From NCBI GenBank assembly GCA_038212905.1, contig JBBQUA010000003.1:76-64075 (forward strand): 64,000 nucleotides of DNA, written 5' to 3'. Origin of the DNA: Hyphomicrobiales bacterium. GTDB lineage: Bacteria > Pseudomonadota > Alphaproteobacteria > Rhizobiales > Xanthobacteraceae. A program made the translations under genes and the position numbers. How positions within the stretch are numbered: the stretch's first letter is position 1; each line of letters starts with the position of its first letter. Of the stretch, positions 1 through 12,447 are shown one piece after another. Below the pieces are notes generated by a model, which saw nothing but the letters and a program-made list of their open reading frames with translations, was not told the origin of the DNA and did not search any database.

Positions 1-740
<740 letters not shown>

Positions 741-848
741 TTACGTCCTCCTTGTTTGTGCTTGTGTCCGTGAGCCTTCTTGCCGAAGCTTTGGAACCAC
801 CATGGAACATCCGGTTTCCGATTTCCATGCCGAACTGGCCGGTTCAAG

Positions 849-883
849 AAAAAAAGCCCGGCCTTCTTGCGAGGGCCGGGCTT
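849..883 (-). terminator. Rho-independent terminator after the second TRAP SBP gene
   Basis: AAGCCCGGCC...GGCCGGGCTT stem preceded by an A-run (U-tract on the minus strand). Confidence 0.75.
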
Positions 884-913
884 GCTATTGCGACTTAAGG
901 CTCAGCCCTGGAA

Positions 914-2002
<1,089 letters not shown>

Positions 2003-2191
2003 TCAGGCATCTCCTAAGTTGGGGCAATTTCTTCCCGATTTCCTGGAGCGGCAAATTCGGCGAAGCGGTATTTGCGTCCGCCCTAAGCCGCTCTGGCGGG
2101 GCGCTTTAACACGGAAATTTGCGTTCGGAAAACACGACAACGGCATGACAGCACTGAATAAACGAAAGTCGCATATGCCCGAAATTCGGGC

Positions 2192-3331
<1,140 letters not shown>

Positions 3332-3405
3332 GGGCGCATCTCCTGATTGGCTTTGGATGCGACCCATAGAGCGGTCCGGCGCAAAAGGCTACCTCGCTGC
3401 CAATC

Positions 3406-3840
3406 CTACCTCGCCGCCATGTCTTCCCGGACCTCGGTGGGAGCCGCGCCCTGCTCCTTGGCGGCCTCGTAGTTCAGCTCGATCATGACGCCATTGGGGT
3501 CATCGACGAAGATCTGCCAGAGATCGCCGCCCGGGACCTGCCGGGAGTCGTATTTGAACCCCTTGCCTTCCAGCCGCTTCTGCATGTCGGTAAAGCCCCG
3601 GCTGATGAAGGCGACGTGATGGACCACGCCGGAATCGGGCTTTTGCGCCTCGTCCGTCTTCGAAATATCGACCAGATGAACCACCGCCTTGCCCTCGCTG
3701 TACATCCAGGCTCCGGGGAAGGCGAAGTCCGGCCGGGCGCCCTTTTCCAGGCCCAGGATGTCCTCGTAAAATCGAACCGTGTCGGCGAGTTTCCGGGTCC
3801 GGATGTTGAAATGGTCCAGCACGCCCACGCTCATGCCCAT
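3406..3840 (-). CDS. VOC/glyoxalase family protein
   Basis: LDHFNIRT...FYEDILGL...HHVAF...IFVDDPNGVMIELN. Confidence 0.88.
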   Translation of the reverse strand: MGMSVGVLDHFNIRTRKLADTVRFYEDILGLEKGARPDFAFPGAWMYSEGKAVVHLVDISKTDEAQKPDSGVVHHVAFISRGFTDMQKRLEGKGFKYDSRQVPGGDLWQIFVDDPNGVMIELNYEAAKEQGAAPTEVREDMAAR

Positions 3841-4068
3841 GCGATACACTCCCGTTTTTTGCGGCCCTGGTTGGAAGGCCATTGTTTGGAAGGTCATTCC
3901 TAGCACAAAACCCGCCCTGCGCACCAAACGGAGGCGGTTGCCCTCCATGCTGCAGGGTTTATTGTGCGCTTTCCGCATCTCGGAGGTGGCCTGTTCCGGC
4001 CTCCCCCCCTCACTCCCCAGAACACGGTCCGGCACATCCAATGCCGGCAAAACCCCAGGGTTGCTCAC

Positions 4069-4938
4069 ATGGCTAAAGTTGCTTTTCTCGGTCTCGGCGT
4101 CATGGGTTTCCCCATGGCAGGACATCTGGCGGCCAAGGGCGGCCATGAGGTGACGGTCTTCAACCGGACGCCGGCCAAGGCCAAGGCATGGGCCGAGAAA
4201 TTCGGCGGCAAGACGGCTGCGACGCCGAAAGCCGCCGCCGAAGGCCAGGATTTCGTGATGTGCTGCGTCGGCAATGACAACGACCTGCGCGCCGTCACGA
4301 TCGGCGCCGATGGCGCGTTCGCGGGCGTGAAAAAGGGCGCCACCTTCGTCGATCACACCACCGCTTCGGCCGAAGTCGCGCGCGAACTCGACGCCGCCGC
4401 CACCAAGGCGGGCTTTAAGTTCATCGACGCCCCGGTGTCCGGCGGCCAGGCCGGCGCGGAAAACGGCGTGCTGACGGTGATGTGCGGCGGTACCGCTGAC
4501 GCCTACGCCGGCGCCGAGCCCGTGATCGCGGCCTATGCGCGGATGTGCAAGCTGCTTGGTCCCGCGGGCTCCGGGCAACTGACCAAGATGGTCAACCAGA
4601 TCTGCATCGCCGGGCTGGTCCAGGGCCTTTCGGAAGGCATTCATTTTGCCAAGAAGGCCGGGCTCGACGTCCAGGCTGTGATCGAAACGATCTCAAAAGG
4701 CGCGGCGCAATCCTGGCAGATGGAAAACCGCTACAAGGGCATGAACGACGGCAAGTTCGATTACGGTTTTGCCGTGGAATGGATGCGCAAGGACCTGATG
4801 ATCTGTCTCGCGGAATCGCGACGCAACGGCGCCAGCCTTCCGGTTACCGCCCTGGTCAACGAGTTCTATTCGGAAGTCGAGAAGATGGGCGGCAAGCGCT
4901 GGGACACGTCGAGCCTGCTGGCGCGGCTGGAGCGCTGA
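4069..4938 (+). CDS. NAD(P)-dependent beta-hydroxyacid dehydrogenase (3-hydroxyisobutyrate DH family)
   Basis: VAFLGLGVMGFPMA, DAPVSGG, GQLTKMVNQ. Confidence 0.9.
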   Translation: MAKVAFLGLGVMGFPMAGHLAAKGGHEVTVFNRTPAKAKAWAEKFGGKTAATPKAAAEGQDFVMCCVGNDNDLRAVTIGADGAFAGVKKGATFVDHTTASAEVARELDAAATKAGFKFIDAPVSGGQAGAENGVLTVMCGGTADAYAGAEPVIAAYARMCKLLGPAGSGQLTKMVNQICIAGLVQGLSEGIHFAKKAGLDVQAVIETISKGAAQSWQMENRYKGMNDGKFDYGFAVEWMRKDLMICLAESRRNGASLPVTALVNEFYSEVEKMGGKRWDTSSLLARLER

Positions 4939-5024
4939 AGGCAGGCGAAAGCGGTCTAACCTCTCATCGAAAAGGACGATGTCCGCGCGATGCACGAGCT
5001 TGTCATCGGCGTCCTCGAAACCAA

Positions 5025-5052
5025 CCTTATTCGGAAAGTTCTCCGAATAAGG
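5025..5052. terminator. Hairpin between convergent genes, possible bidirectional terminator
   Basis: CCTTATTCGGA-AAGTTC-TCCGAATAAGG perfect 11-bp stem; no clear U-tract. Confidence 0.5.
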
Positions 5053-5062
5053 GAGCGCCTCG

Positions 5063-6439
5063 TCAGGCCACCAGCGTCTGGTCGATCCGTCCGAGCGCGC
5101 GGCGGAGCGCTGTAAAACAGTCCGCGTCGATCTGGGTGCCGACCATGTCAGACATGATAGCCATGGCTTTTGTGATCGGCATGGCCGCGCGATAGGGCCG
5201 GTCGGCGGTGAGCGCATCGAAAATATCTGCGGTCGTGATGATGCGGGTTTCCAGGCAGATCTGGTCTCCCGAGAGACCGCGCGGATAGCCCTTGCCGTCC
5301 AGCCGCTCGTGATGCGCGCCGGCGACCGGAGCCAGCTCCTTGAACGCACTGACGCGCGACAGGATTGCCTCCGAATACGCTGAATGCATCCGCATCGCGG
5401 CCCATTCGTGATCGTCCAGCTTGCCGGGCTTGTCGAGGATTGCGTTGCTGACGCCGAGCTTGCCGATGTCGTGCAGCAGCGCAGCACGTTTGAGCCAGCG
5501 TCGCTGCGCGTCAGTGAACTCCAACTGTTCGGCAACCATGTCGGCAAAAAGGGTGACGCGCTCGCTGTGGCCGCTGGTGTAAGGACTTTTGGAATCCACC
5601 ACTTGGGCGAAGGCAGCCGCGATATCGTCGAGATAGTCTTCGTCGATCGCCACGCCTGACTGAACTGGCGTCTGGGGTAACGCGGCCTCTTGCCCGTTGT
5701 CAGCACCCAGGCTGTCCCAGAATGCAGGTCGCGACGCGATACGTTCGAAGGCAGCCACGATATCCGGATCGAACCACGTCCCCGACCGGTTCTGAACCTC
5801 GCGCAACGCGGCGTCGGGGCCGTTCGAGACGTGAAACACATCGATGACCTGAGTCATCAGCGCGATGCGCGAATAGATCGGGATTTCCAACCCGCGCAAA
5901 CCCCGGGGCTTGCCACCGCCATCCCAGTGCTCATCGAGATTTTGGATACCTTCGGCGACCGGCTCGGAGAAGCGCATCTTGCGGGCGATATCGGCGCCGC
6001 GATGGCAGCGGGTCTCTATCAGCTCGCGAGCGATCTCACCGCCGTTCTGAAAGATGTTGACGATTGCCCGGAACCGTTCGGCGAGCCCGGCTTTCAGCCC
6101 GGTATGGCCCAGCACGAAGCGCAGCGCCTGCGGCAGACTGCCGTCAATGAACTTGAAGTCCTGCTTGAAGGATAAATCATCGGTGAGGTACAGCTCGCAG
6201 ATGCGCGCCGCATTGCTGCTGCAACCGAGATCCTTCAGCAACAGCGCGTAATAAAGTTCGACGATCTCCGCCTCGCTGAGACCTATTTCCCTGCCGATTT
6301 CGACGCCGATGCGGCTACATCGCACGCAATGGCCGGCCGGCTGCCCCTCGGTAAGATCGAGCGCATGGCTGAGTGCGCTCAGCAGTTCGGAAAGCGTGAT
6401 CTTTTCGAGCTGCGTAAGGGCGAGCGGTGCGAGTTCCAT
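5063..6439 (-). CDS. HD-GYP cyclic di-GMP phosphodiesterase with tandem HD domains
   Basis: C-terminal LLHDIGK and HHERLDGKGYP; degenerate N-terminal copy (LKDLG, DEHWDGGGKP). Confidence 0.88.
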   Translation of the reverse strand: MELAPLALTQLEKITLSELLSALSHALDLTEGQPAGHCVRCSRIGVEIGREIGLSEAEIVELYYALLLKDLGCSSNAARICELYLTDDLSFKQDFKFIDGSLPQALRFVLGHTGLKAGLAERFRAIVNIFQNGGEIARELIETRCHRGADIARKMRFSEPVAEGIQNLDEHWDGGGKPRGLRGLEIPIYSRIALMTQVIDVFHVSNGPDAALREVQNRSGTWFDPDIVAAFERIASRPAFWDSLGADNGQEAALPQTPVQSGVAIDEDYLDDIAAAFAQVVDSKSPYTSGHSERVTLFADMVAEQLEFTDAQRRWLKRAALLHDIGKLGVSNAILDKPGKLDDHEWAAMRMHSAYSEAILSRVSAFKELAPVAGAHHERLDGKGYPRGLSGDQICLETRIITTADIFDALTADRPYRAAMPITKAMAIMSDMVGTQIDADCFTALRRALGRIDQTLVA

Positions 6440-6694
6440 TGTCGAGGCTCCGGGGGCAAACGGCCAGAAGCGGCCGGATCGCACGCCATGGCCGTACCAG
6501 AACATGAGAGAATTAACAGGGGATGTTTGCAGCCTCAGCACCATTATCGTCGGCCCGGGTGCTACCTGGGCAACTCCCCCGGATTATCGCGCCCGGCACG
6601 ATGGCCGCGCGGGCGTCGGTGCTGGTCGTCGCGACCACCGTCTCTGTCCTGTTCGGCACCGTGCTGGTGGCGCTTGGAACTGCTTCGCGACAAG

Positions 6695-7618
6695 TCAGCG
6701 GACCAGAAAAACCAGCTTGCCGCGAAAATGGCGGGATTCGCTCAAGCGGTGCGCGGCTACGGCTTCGCTGAGCTTGTAGCGCGTCACTTCCGGCGGACGG
6801 ACGGCTCCATGCGCAACCAGCGCAACGATGCGCTTGAGATGTGGCCGATCGCGTCCGACGCTGGGCCTGATGGCAACGACATCGCTGCGGTCCGGCTTCG
6901 GCGCCTGTGCTCCCGAGGCAATAAAGGCCGCCCGGCCGCCCGGCTTCAGCACCGTGAACGATCGCGGCGCGACATCGCCGCCGACGGTATCGAAGACTGC
7001 GTCGCAGTCGCTTACGACCCTGGTAAAATCCACCGCATTGTAGTCGATGATCTCATCGGCGCCGATTTGGCGGAGATAATCATGGTTCGCAGCACTTGCC
7101 GTCGTGATCACGCGCGCACCCAGATGCTTGGCCAGCTGGATAGCAAAGCTGGCGACACCGCCCGCGCCTCCCTGGATCAGGATCGTCTCGCCGGCCTTCA
7201 GTTTCAGCGTGTCTTCGACCGTGCAAAGCGCCGTCAACCCGGCCAGCGCCAGTGCCGCGGCATCGACATGTGACAGGCGATCGGTCTTCCCAGCGACGAT
7301 GGCTGCCTTGATCGCGATCTTCTCGGCATAAGCGCCCTCCTGGCCGACGTCGCAGACGCCGAAGACCTCATCGCCCACACGCAGGTCTTTGACACCATCG
7401 CCAACGGCAGCAACGACACCGGAGAAATCCCGTCCAAGAATGTAGGGAAATTTCGAAAGCTGGCCCGATTTTCCCTCCCGTACCTTCCAGTCCGCACCAT
7501 TGACGCTGGCGGCGACAATATCGACCACGACCTCGCCGGACGCGGCCACGGGATCGGGCATCTCGCCGAATTTCAGAACGTCCGGCCCGCCGTGCTGTTC
7601 GATGAAGGCAGCTTTCAT
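6695..7618 (-). CDS. NADP-dependent oxidoreductase (MDR/quinone oxidoreductase-like)
   Basis: GGPDVLK, ILGRDFSG, IQGGAGGVA, RGKLV. Confidence 0.88.
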   Translation of the reverse strand: MKAAFIEQHGGPDVLKFGEMPDPVAASGEVVVDIVAASVNGADWKVREGKSGQLSKFPYILGRDFSGVVAAVGDGVKDLRVGDEVFGVCDVGQEGAYAEKIAIKAAIVAGKTDRLSHVDAAALALAGLTALCTVEDTLKLKAGETILIQGGAGGVASFAIQLAKHLGARVITTASAANHDYLRQIGADEIIDYNAVDFTRVVSDCDAVFDTVGGDVAPRSFTVLKPGGRAAFIASGAQAPKPDRSDVVAIRPSVGRDRPHLKRIVALVAHGAVRPPEVTRYKLSEAVAAHRLSESRHFRGKLVFLVR

Positions 7619-7776
7619 GGGTTTTCCTCGCGTTGGCGGACCTAGGTTCACGTCCTTGAAGCAGGTCATAGCTGAAACCTGCCGCATGCGGAACTGTGCA
7701 GGCGAATTAATGGTTCAAACCGGGGTCTGTTCGCGTTCCGGAGAACGCCGGCCGTGAGGCCCGCCAACAAGTTAAT

Positions 7777-7792
7777 TTAACCTCCCGTTAAC
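7777..7792 (+). promoter_or_regulatory. CtrA-type binding site
   Basis: TTAA-CCTCCCG-TTAAC matches TTAA-N7-TTAAC, about 100 bp upstream of a histidine kinase. Confidence 0.6.
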
Positions 7793-7891
7793 GTGATTCT
7801 TTACCGCTTTAAGTCAGCTCTTAATGATTTAGCGGCAGAGATAGACGATGCAAAAGCTCGCGCGTGCAGCGGGCAGGATTTGTGTTGTTTG

Positions 7892-9490
7892 ATGAGTAAA
7901 CCCGCAGAAAAGCCCGAAGTCGTTCAGCTTCCGGCCGAAGCCCCTGTCGCCGCGCCGGTCAGTAACCGCCGCGTTGCCGCGCAGCGGGTGCGCGAGGCGC
8001 GTGACAGGTTAACGTCGACCAGCGGAACCCGCCCTGCTTTCGATCGCGAACTGCTTCGACAATATGCCCAGACCCGGATCTCGGCGTCCTACGTCGTGAT
8101 GCTGCTGGTGGTGGCGACCGGCCTGTTGTTCGGTTTCTGGATGGAACCGATTTCGGCCGCAGCGTGGACCGGCGGCATGTTCTGCATCCAGGCCGTCATC
8201 ATCCGCAATTGCCGCAGGTTCCTTGGCGAGCAAGGCTCGCTCACCGCCACGCAAAAATGGCGGACGCGGTTCGTGCTGCTCGATCTCCTGTACGGCCTGT
8301 GCTGGACCGCGATCCTGCTCCACCCGACAACCCCCGGCGTGGTCTCGAACACGCTGATGATGTTCCTGATGCTGCTGGTGATCGCGGTCTCCAGCATGCT
8401 CGCGGCCAGCCTGCCGATCGCGGCCCTGGTGGCGACCGCGCCGGTGACGGCCGCGATCGCCGTGAATTTCGTACTGGGCGGCACCTTCGACAGTTACGTG
8501 CTGGCGTTGCTCGCGCTCGCCGCCCAGGGATATTTCGCGTTGCTCGCCCACCGCCTGCATTCGACGACGCTGGCGACGCTGGAGGCGCGCGCCGAAAAGG
8601 ATGCGCTGATCGGCGAACTCGAGCAGGCCAAGGCGATCTCCGACGAGGCGCGGCATCGCGCCGAATCCGCCAACGTCGCGAAGTCGCGGTTTCTCGCGCA
8701 AATGAGCCACGAATTGCGGACGCCGCTGAACGCCATCCTCGGATTTTCCGAGGTGATGAAGAGCGAAATCTTCGGCGCGCATGCCGTTCCGGTTTACAAG
8801 GAATATTCCGCCGACATTCACAATTCCGGCGTCCACCTGTTGAACCTGATCAACGAGATTCTCGATCTGTCGCGGATCGAGGCCGGAAGGTACGAGCTCA
8901 ACGAAGAAGCGGTGTCGCTGGTGCATGTGGTGGCCGACTGTCATCATCTGCTGAAACTGCGCGCCTCCAGCCGCGGCATCACCATTCACGAGGTGTTCGA
9001 GCAGGGCATGCCGCGGATCTGGGGCGACGAGCGCGCCACCCGCCAAATCGTGCTCAATTTGCTGTCGAACTCCATCAAATTCACCCCGCAAGGCGGCGAG
9101 ATCTGGCTGAAGGTCGGATGGACCGCATCCGGCGGACAATATCTCAGCGTCAAGGATAGCGGCTCCGGTATCGCCGAGGATGAAATCCCGATCGTGCTGG
9201 CGTCGTTCGGCCAGGGCTCCAATTCGATCAAATCAGCCGAACAGGGCGCCGGCCTCGGTCTGCCGATCGCCAAGAGCCTGATCGACATGCACGGCGGCAC
9301 CTTCACGCTGAAATCGAAGCTGCGCATCGGCACCGAAGTCATCGTCACCTTCCCGCCGGAGCGCGTGATGTCGGCGCTGGCGCCGATGGCCGAGGAGGCG
9401 CCGCCGCTGCAGCCGGAAACCACCGTGACCGCCGAGGACAAGCGGCGGATCCGCAACAAGCCGATCATGAGCGCCGGCACCGGGCTGTGA
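7892..9490 (+). CDS. Membrane sensor histidine kinase (PleC/DivJ-like H-box)
   Basis: Several TM segments; KSRFLAQMSHELRTPLNAILGFS; NLLSNSIKFT; DSGSGI; GAGLGL. Confidence 0.9.
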   Translation: MSKPAEKPEVVQLPAEAPVAAPVSNRRVAAQRVREARDRLTSTSGTRPAFDRELLRQYAQTRISASYVVMLLVVATGLLFGFWMEPISAAAWTGGMFCIQAVIIRNCRRFLGEQGSLTATQKWRTRFVLLDLLYGLCWTAILLHPTTPGVVSNTLMMFLMLLVIAVSSMLAASLPIAALVATAPVTAAIAVNFVLGGTFDSYVLALLALAAQGYFALLAHRLHSTTLATLEARAEKDALIGELEQAKAISDEARHRAESANVAKSRFLAQMSHELRTPLNAILGFSEVMKSEIFGAHAVPVYKEYSADIHNSGVHLLNLINEILDLSRIEAGRYELNEEAVSLVHVVADCHHLLKLRASSRGITIHEVFEQGMPRIWGDERATRQIVLNLLSNSIKFTPQGGEIWLKVGWTASGGQYLSVKDSGSGIAEDEIPIVLASFGQGSNSIKSAEQGAGLGLPIAKSLIDMHGGTFTLKSKLRIGTEVIVTFPPERVMSALAPMAEEAPPLQPETTVTAEDKRRIRNKPIMSAGTGL

Positions 9491-9535
9491 CCGGAGCACT
9501 TGCGCAACCAACCGAAACCGCATCACTATTCCAGA

Positions 9536-9745
9536 ATGAGCAAAGAAACGCCGTGTATCGCAGTCTGTATCGTGGATCCCAGAACCAGCCTCTGTTTGGG
9601 CTGCGGACGTACCCTGCCGGAGATCGCGCGCTGGCACCGGATGGAGACCGCCGAGCGGCAAGCGGTGATAGCGGGGCTCGCCGCGCGCATGGCCGACGCG
9701 GGTCTTGCACCGCCCGCGCCGGCGGCCGGCCCGAAGCCCGACTGA
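9536..9745 (+). CDS. DUF1289-like small Cys-rich protein
   Basis: TPCIAVC...CLGCGRTLPEIARW. Confidence 0.8.
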   Translation: MSKETPCIAVCIVDPRTSLCLGCGRTLPEIARWHRMETAERQAVIAGLAARMADAGLAPPAPAAGPKPD

Positions 9746-9785
9746 GCACCTCCCCTTACATCTCCCCTTGCACGGGAGGCGCGCT

Positions 9786-10340
9786 GTGAGCCGCTTTATC
9801 CTCGTTCTCATCATGCTGGCGGTGACCGTCACCGCCGTGATCGCCTACCGGGATCCAGAGCAGCTGGCCCGCGCCAGCGACAGCGTGTCCGACATGCTGC
9901 GCCAACGAACCGTATCGCCGGCGCACGCCGTCCAGATCCCGCGCCGTCAAGGCGGTGAATTCGCCCTGCACGCCAGGATCAACGGCGTCAGCGCGCCGAT
10001 GGTGATCGACACCGGCGCGACTTCGGTGGTGCTGACCTGGGAGACCGCCAAAGCGATCGGACTGCCGCTTGAAATGCTCGAATACAATGTCGACGTCGAA
10101 ACCGCCGGCGGTCATACCAAGGCGGCGCGGCTGACGATTGACCGTCTTGCGGTCGGCAAACTGGTCGAGCGATCAGTGCCGGCGCTGGTGGTGCCGCGCG
10201 GCCAGATGAAGACCAACCTGCTCGGCATGAGCTTCCTGGACCGGCTGGAAAGCTGGGGCGTCCAGGCCGACAGGCTGAAGCTGCACGGCTATCCCGATGT
10301 CTCAGGCCGCAATCGACGCGACCGCGCGGCCGTCAACTAG
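9786..10340 (+). CDS. Clan AA aspartic protease (TIGR02281-like)
   Basis: N-terminal TM; VIDTGATSV catalytic motif; NLLGMSFL. Confidence 0.88.
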   Translation: MSRFILVLIMLAVTVTAVIAYRDPEQLARASDSVSDMLRQRTVSPAHAVQIPRRQGGEFALHARINGVSAPMVIDTGATSVVLTWETAKAIGLPLEMLEYNVDVETAGGHTKAARLTIDRLAVGKLVERSVPALVVPRGQMKTNLLGMSFLDRLESWGVQADRLKLHGYPDVSGRNRRDRAAVN

Positions 10341-11297
10341 CGCAACCGCATCGCGCAGCACATCGACGCCGGCGCCCGGCTTGACTCCGTTCTCGGCGAG
10401 GTGGCGGCGGAACGCGCGCGCGCCCGGCACGCCATGAAACGCGCCGACGAAATGCCGCGTCATCGAATGCAGCCGCGTGCCCTGCGCGAGCTGATCCTCG
10501 ATATAGGGCTCCATCGCCTCGAACACGTCCTTCATCGCGTTGTAGGGCGCGGCCTCGCCGAACAGTGCGGGATCGGCCGCCAGCAACCGCCAGGGGTCGT
10601 GATAGGCCGCGCGCCCCAGCATCACGCCGTCGACGTGCGCAAGGTGCGCCTTGGCCTCGGCGAGATCGGCAATGCCGCCATTGATGATGACAGGCAGATC
10701 CGGCATCGCTGCCTTCAGCCGATACACCCTATCGTAATCGAGCGGCGGGATGTCGCGGTTTTCCTTCGGCGACAATCCATTGAGCCAGGCCTTGCGCGCA
10801 TGCACGATCAGCGCATCGGCGCCGGCGGCGACGACGTTGCGCGCCAGCGCATCGAGCGCGATCTCCGGATCCTGGTCATCGATGCCGAGCCGGCATTTGA
10901 CCGTGACGGGAATGCCGACCGCGCGCTTCATGGCGGCGACGCCCTCAGCGACCAGCGCCGGCTCCGCCATCAGGCAGGCGCCGAAGCGGCCGTCCTTCAC
11001 CCTATCCGACGGACAGCCGACATTGAGATTGATTTCGTCGTAGCCAAACTCCTCGCCGATTTTCGCCGCGGTGGCGAGATCGCGCGGGTCCGAACCGCCG
11101 AGCTGAAGGGCGACCGGATGTTCGCTGGCATCGAAGCCGAGCAGCCGCGCGCGGTCGCCATGGATGATGGCGCCCGTGGTCAGCATCTCCGTGTAGAGCT
11201 TGGCATGCCGCGTCATCAGCCGGTGAAACACGCGGCAATGCCGGTCGGTCCAGTCCATCATCGGGGCGACGGAAAAACGGTGGTCTAAGCCATTCAT
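10302..11297 (-). CDS. dusA: tRNA-dihydrouridine(20/20a) synthase
   Basis: FSVAPMMDWTDRHCR, NLNVGCPSDRV, VHARKAWL.GLSPKENR, NGGI, GVMLGRAAY. Confidence 0.95.
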   Translation of the reverse strand: MNGLDHRFSVAPMMDWTDRHCRVFHRLMTRHAKLYTEMLTTGAIIHGDRARLLGFDASEHPVALQLGGSDPRDLATAAKIGEEFGYDEINLNVGCPSDRVKDGRFGACLMAEPALVAEGVAAMKRAVGIPVTVKCRLGIDDQDPEIALDALARNVVAAGADALIVHARKAWLNGLSPKENRDIPPLDYDRVYRLKAAMPDLPVIINGGIADLAEAKAHLAHVDGVMLGRAAYHDPWRLLAADPALFGEAAPYNAMKDVFEAMEPYIEDQLAQGTRLHSMTRHFVGAFHGVPGARAFRRHLAENGVKPGAGVDVLRDAVALVDGRAVASIAA

Positions 11298-11547
11298 CTC
11301 ATTAATATTTCTGTCTCCAAACCGATACTACAGGACGCTTGGACCGGCTGACGAAAGCTAGCACGACGAGCTTCCGTATATCGGTTTTTCCAGAAGGATG
11401 TCAGCCCGGATTGGAGGCTTAATCCTCCCGCCGTCTATGACTCTCAGGCGGTGGCGTTTCAACGGTAACCCCCTGCGCCAACGGGGGATTGACTGGTCCG
11501 CGCCAGTAATGCCTCAACACGGCAGCAAAGAATCCAGGGAGAGACGC

Positions 11548-12447
11548 ATGTCGGAGAAGGTCGCGGTCATCGGAATGGGGCAGATGGGATCGGGGATGGC
11601 GGGACGCCTCAAGGAGTCCGGTCTCGATGTCGTCGGCTATGACGTCAGCGCCGATCAGCGTGCGCGCCTGGCCCGGGACGGCTTTCAGATGGCGTCTGGT
11701 ATTGCCGAAGCGCTCGCCGGGCGCAGCCTGGTCCTGACCAGCCTGCCCGATCCGAAGGCCGTGGCCGAAGCGTGGCTCGGCGCCGACGGCATCGTCGCGC
11801 ACGCCACCAAGGGTACATTGTGCATCGAACTCAGCACCATCGACCCGCAGACGATGCGGGTGGTCGCCGAGGCCGCCACCGCGCGCGGGTTAGCGGTGGT
11901 GGATTGCCCGGTCAGCGGCAGCCCCAACGAGGCGCGCAGCGGCAAGCTGATCCTGATCGCCGGCGGCGAGATGGCGGACGTGACCCGCGCCGAACCGGTG
12001 CTCAAGCTGCTCGGCACCGACTGGAAATACACCGGCGGCGTCGGAACGGCCAAAGTCGTCAAGATCGTCAACAACATGATGTCGATGGGCAATGTGCTGG
12101 TCGCGGCCGAAGCGTTCGCGCTCGGCGTTGCCGCCGGCGTCGAGCCGGACAAGCTCTACGACGTATTGTCGGTCAGCGGCGGCCGCTCGCATCATTTCAC
12201 CAAGCGTTTCCCGAACGCGCTCAAGGGCGACTTCTCGCCGGGATTCAAGATGGAACTCGGTGAGAAGGACCTTGCCCTCGCCGTCGAACTTGGTCGGACG
12301 ACCCGGATGCCGACGCCATCCGCTTCCGCGACCCGCGAGCTCTTTGCGCTGGCGCTGGCGGAAGGATTTCGCGGCCAGGACATCGTCGCGCTGCTGGCGA
12401 TGTATCAGAACTGGGCGAAGCCGGCGCCATCAGGAGGAAACAAATGA
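11548..12447 (+). CDS. NAD(P)-dependent beta-hydroxyacid dehydrogenase
   Basis: VAVIGMGQMGSGMA, DCPVSGS, KIVNN. Confidence 0.87.
   Translation: MSEKVAVIGMGQMGSGMAGRLKESGLDVVGYDVSADQRARLARDGFQMASGIAEALAGRSLVLTSLPDPKAVAEAWLGADGIVAHATKGTLCIELSTIDPQTMRVVAEAATARGLAVVDCPVSGSPNEARSGKLILIAGGEMADVTRAEPVLKLLGTDWKYTGGVGTAKVVKIVNNMMSMGNVLVAAEAFALGVAAGVEPDKLYDVLSVSGGRSHHFTKRFPNALKGDFSPGFKMELGEKDLALAVELGRTTRMPTPSASATRELFALALAEGFRGQDIVALLAMYQNWAKPAPSGGNK

Noticed and set aside
10302-10340. 39-bp convergent overlap between the aspartic protease gene and dusA
   Set aside because: Short 3' overlaps are common in GC-rich genomes; no evidence of function
11270-11400. AT-rich 5' end of dusA, a known integration hotspot for dusA-associated integrases
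   Set aside because: No integrase next to dusA and no second copy of the dusA 5' end seen in the window
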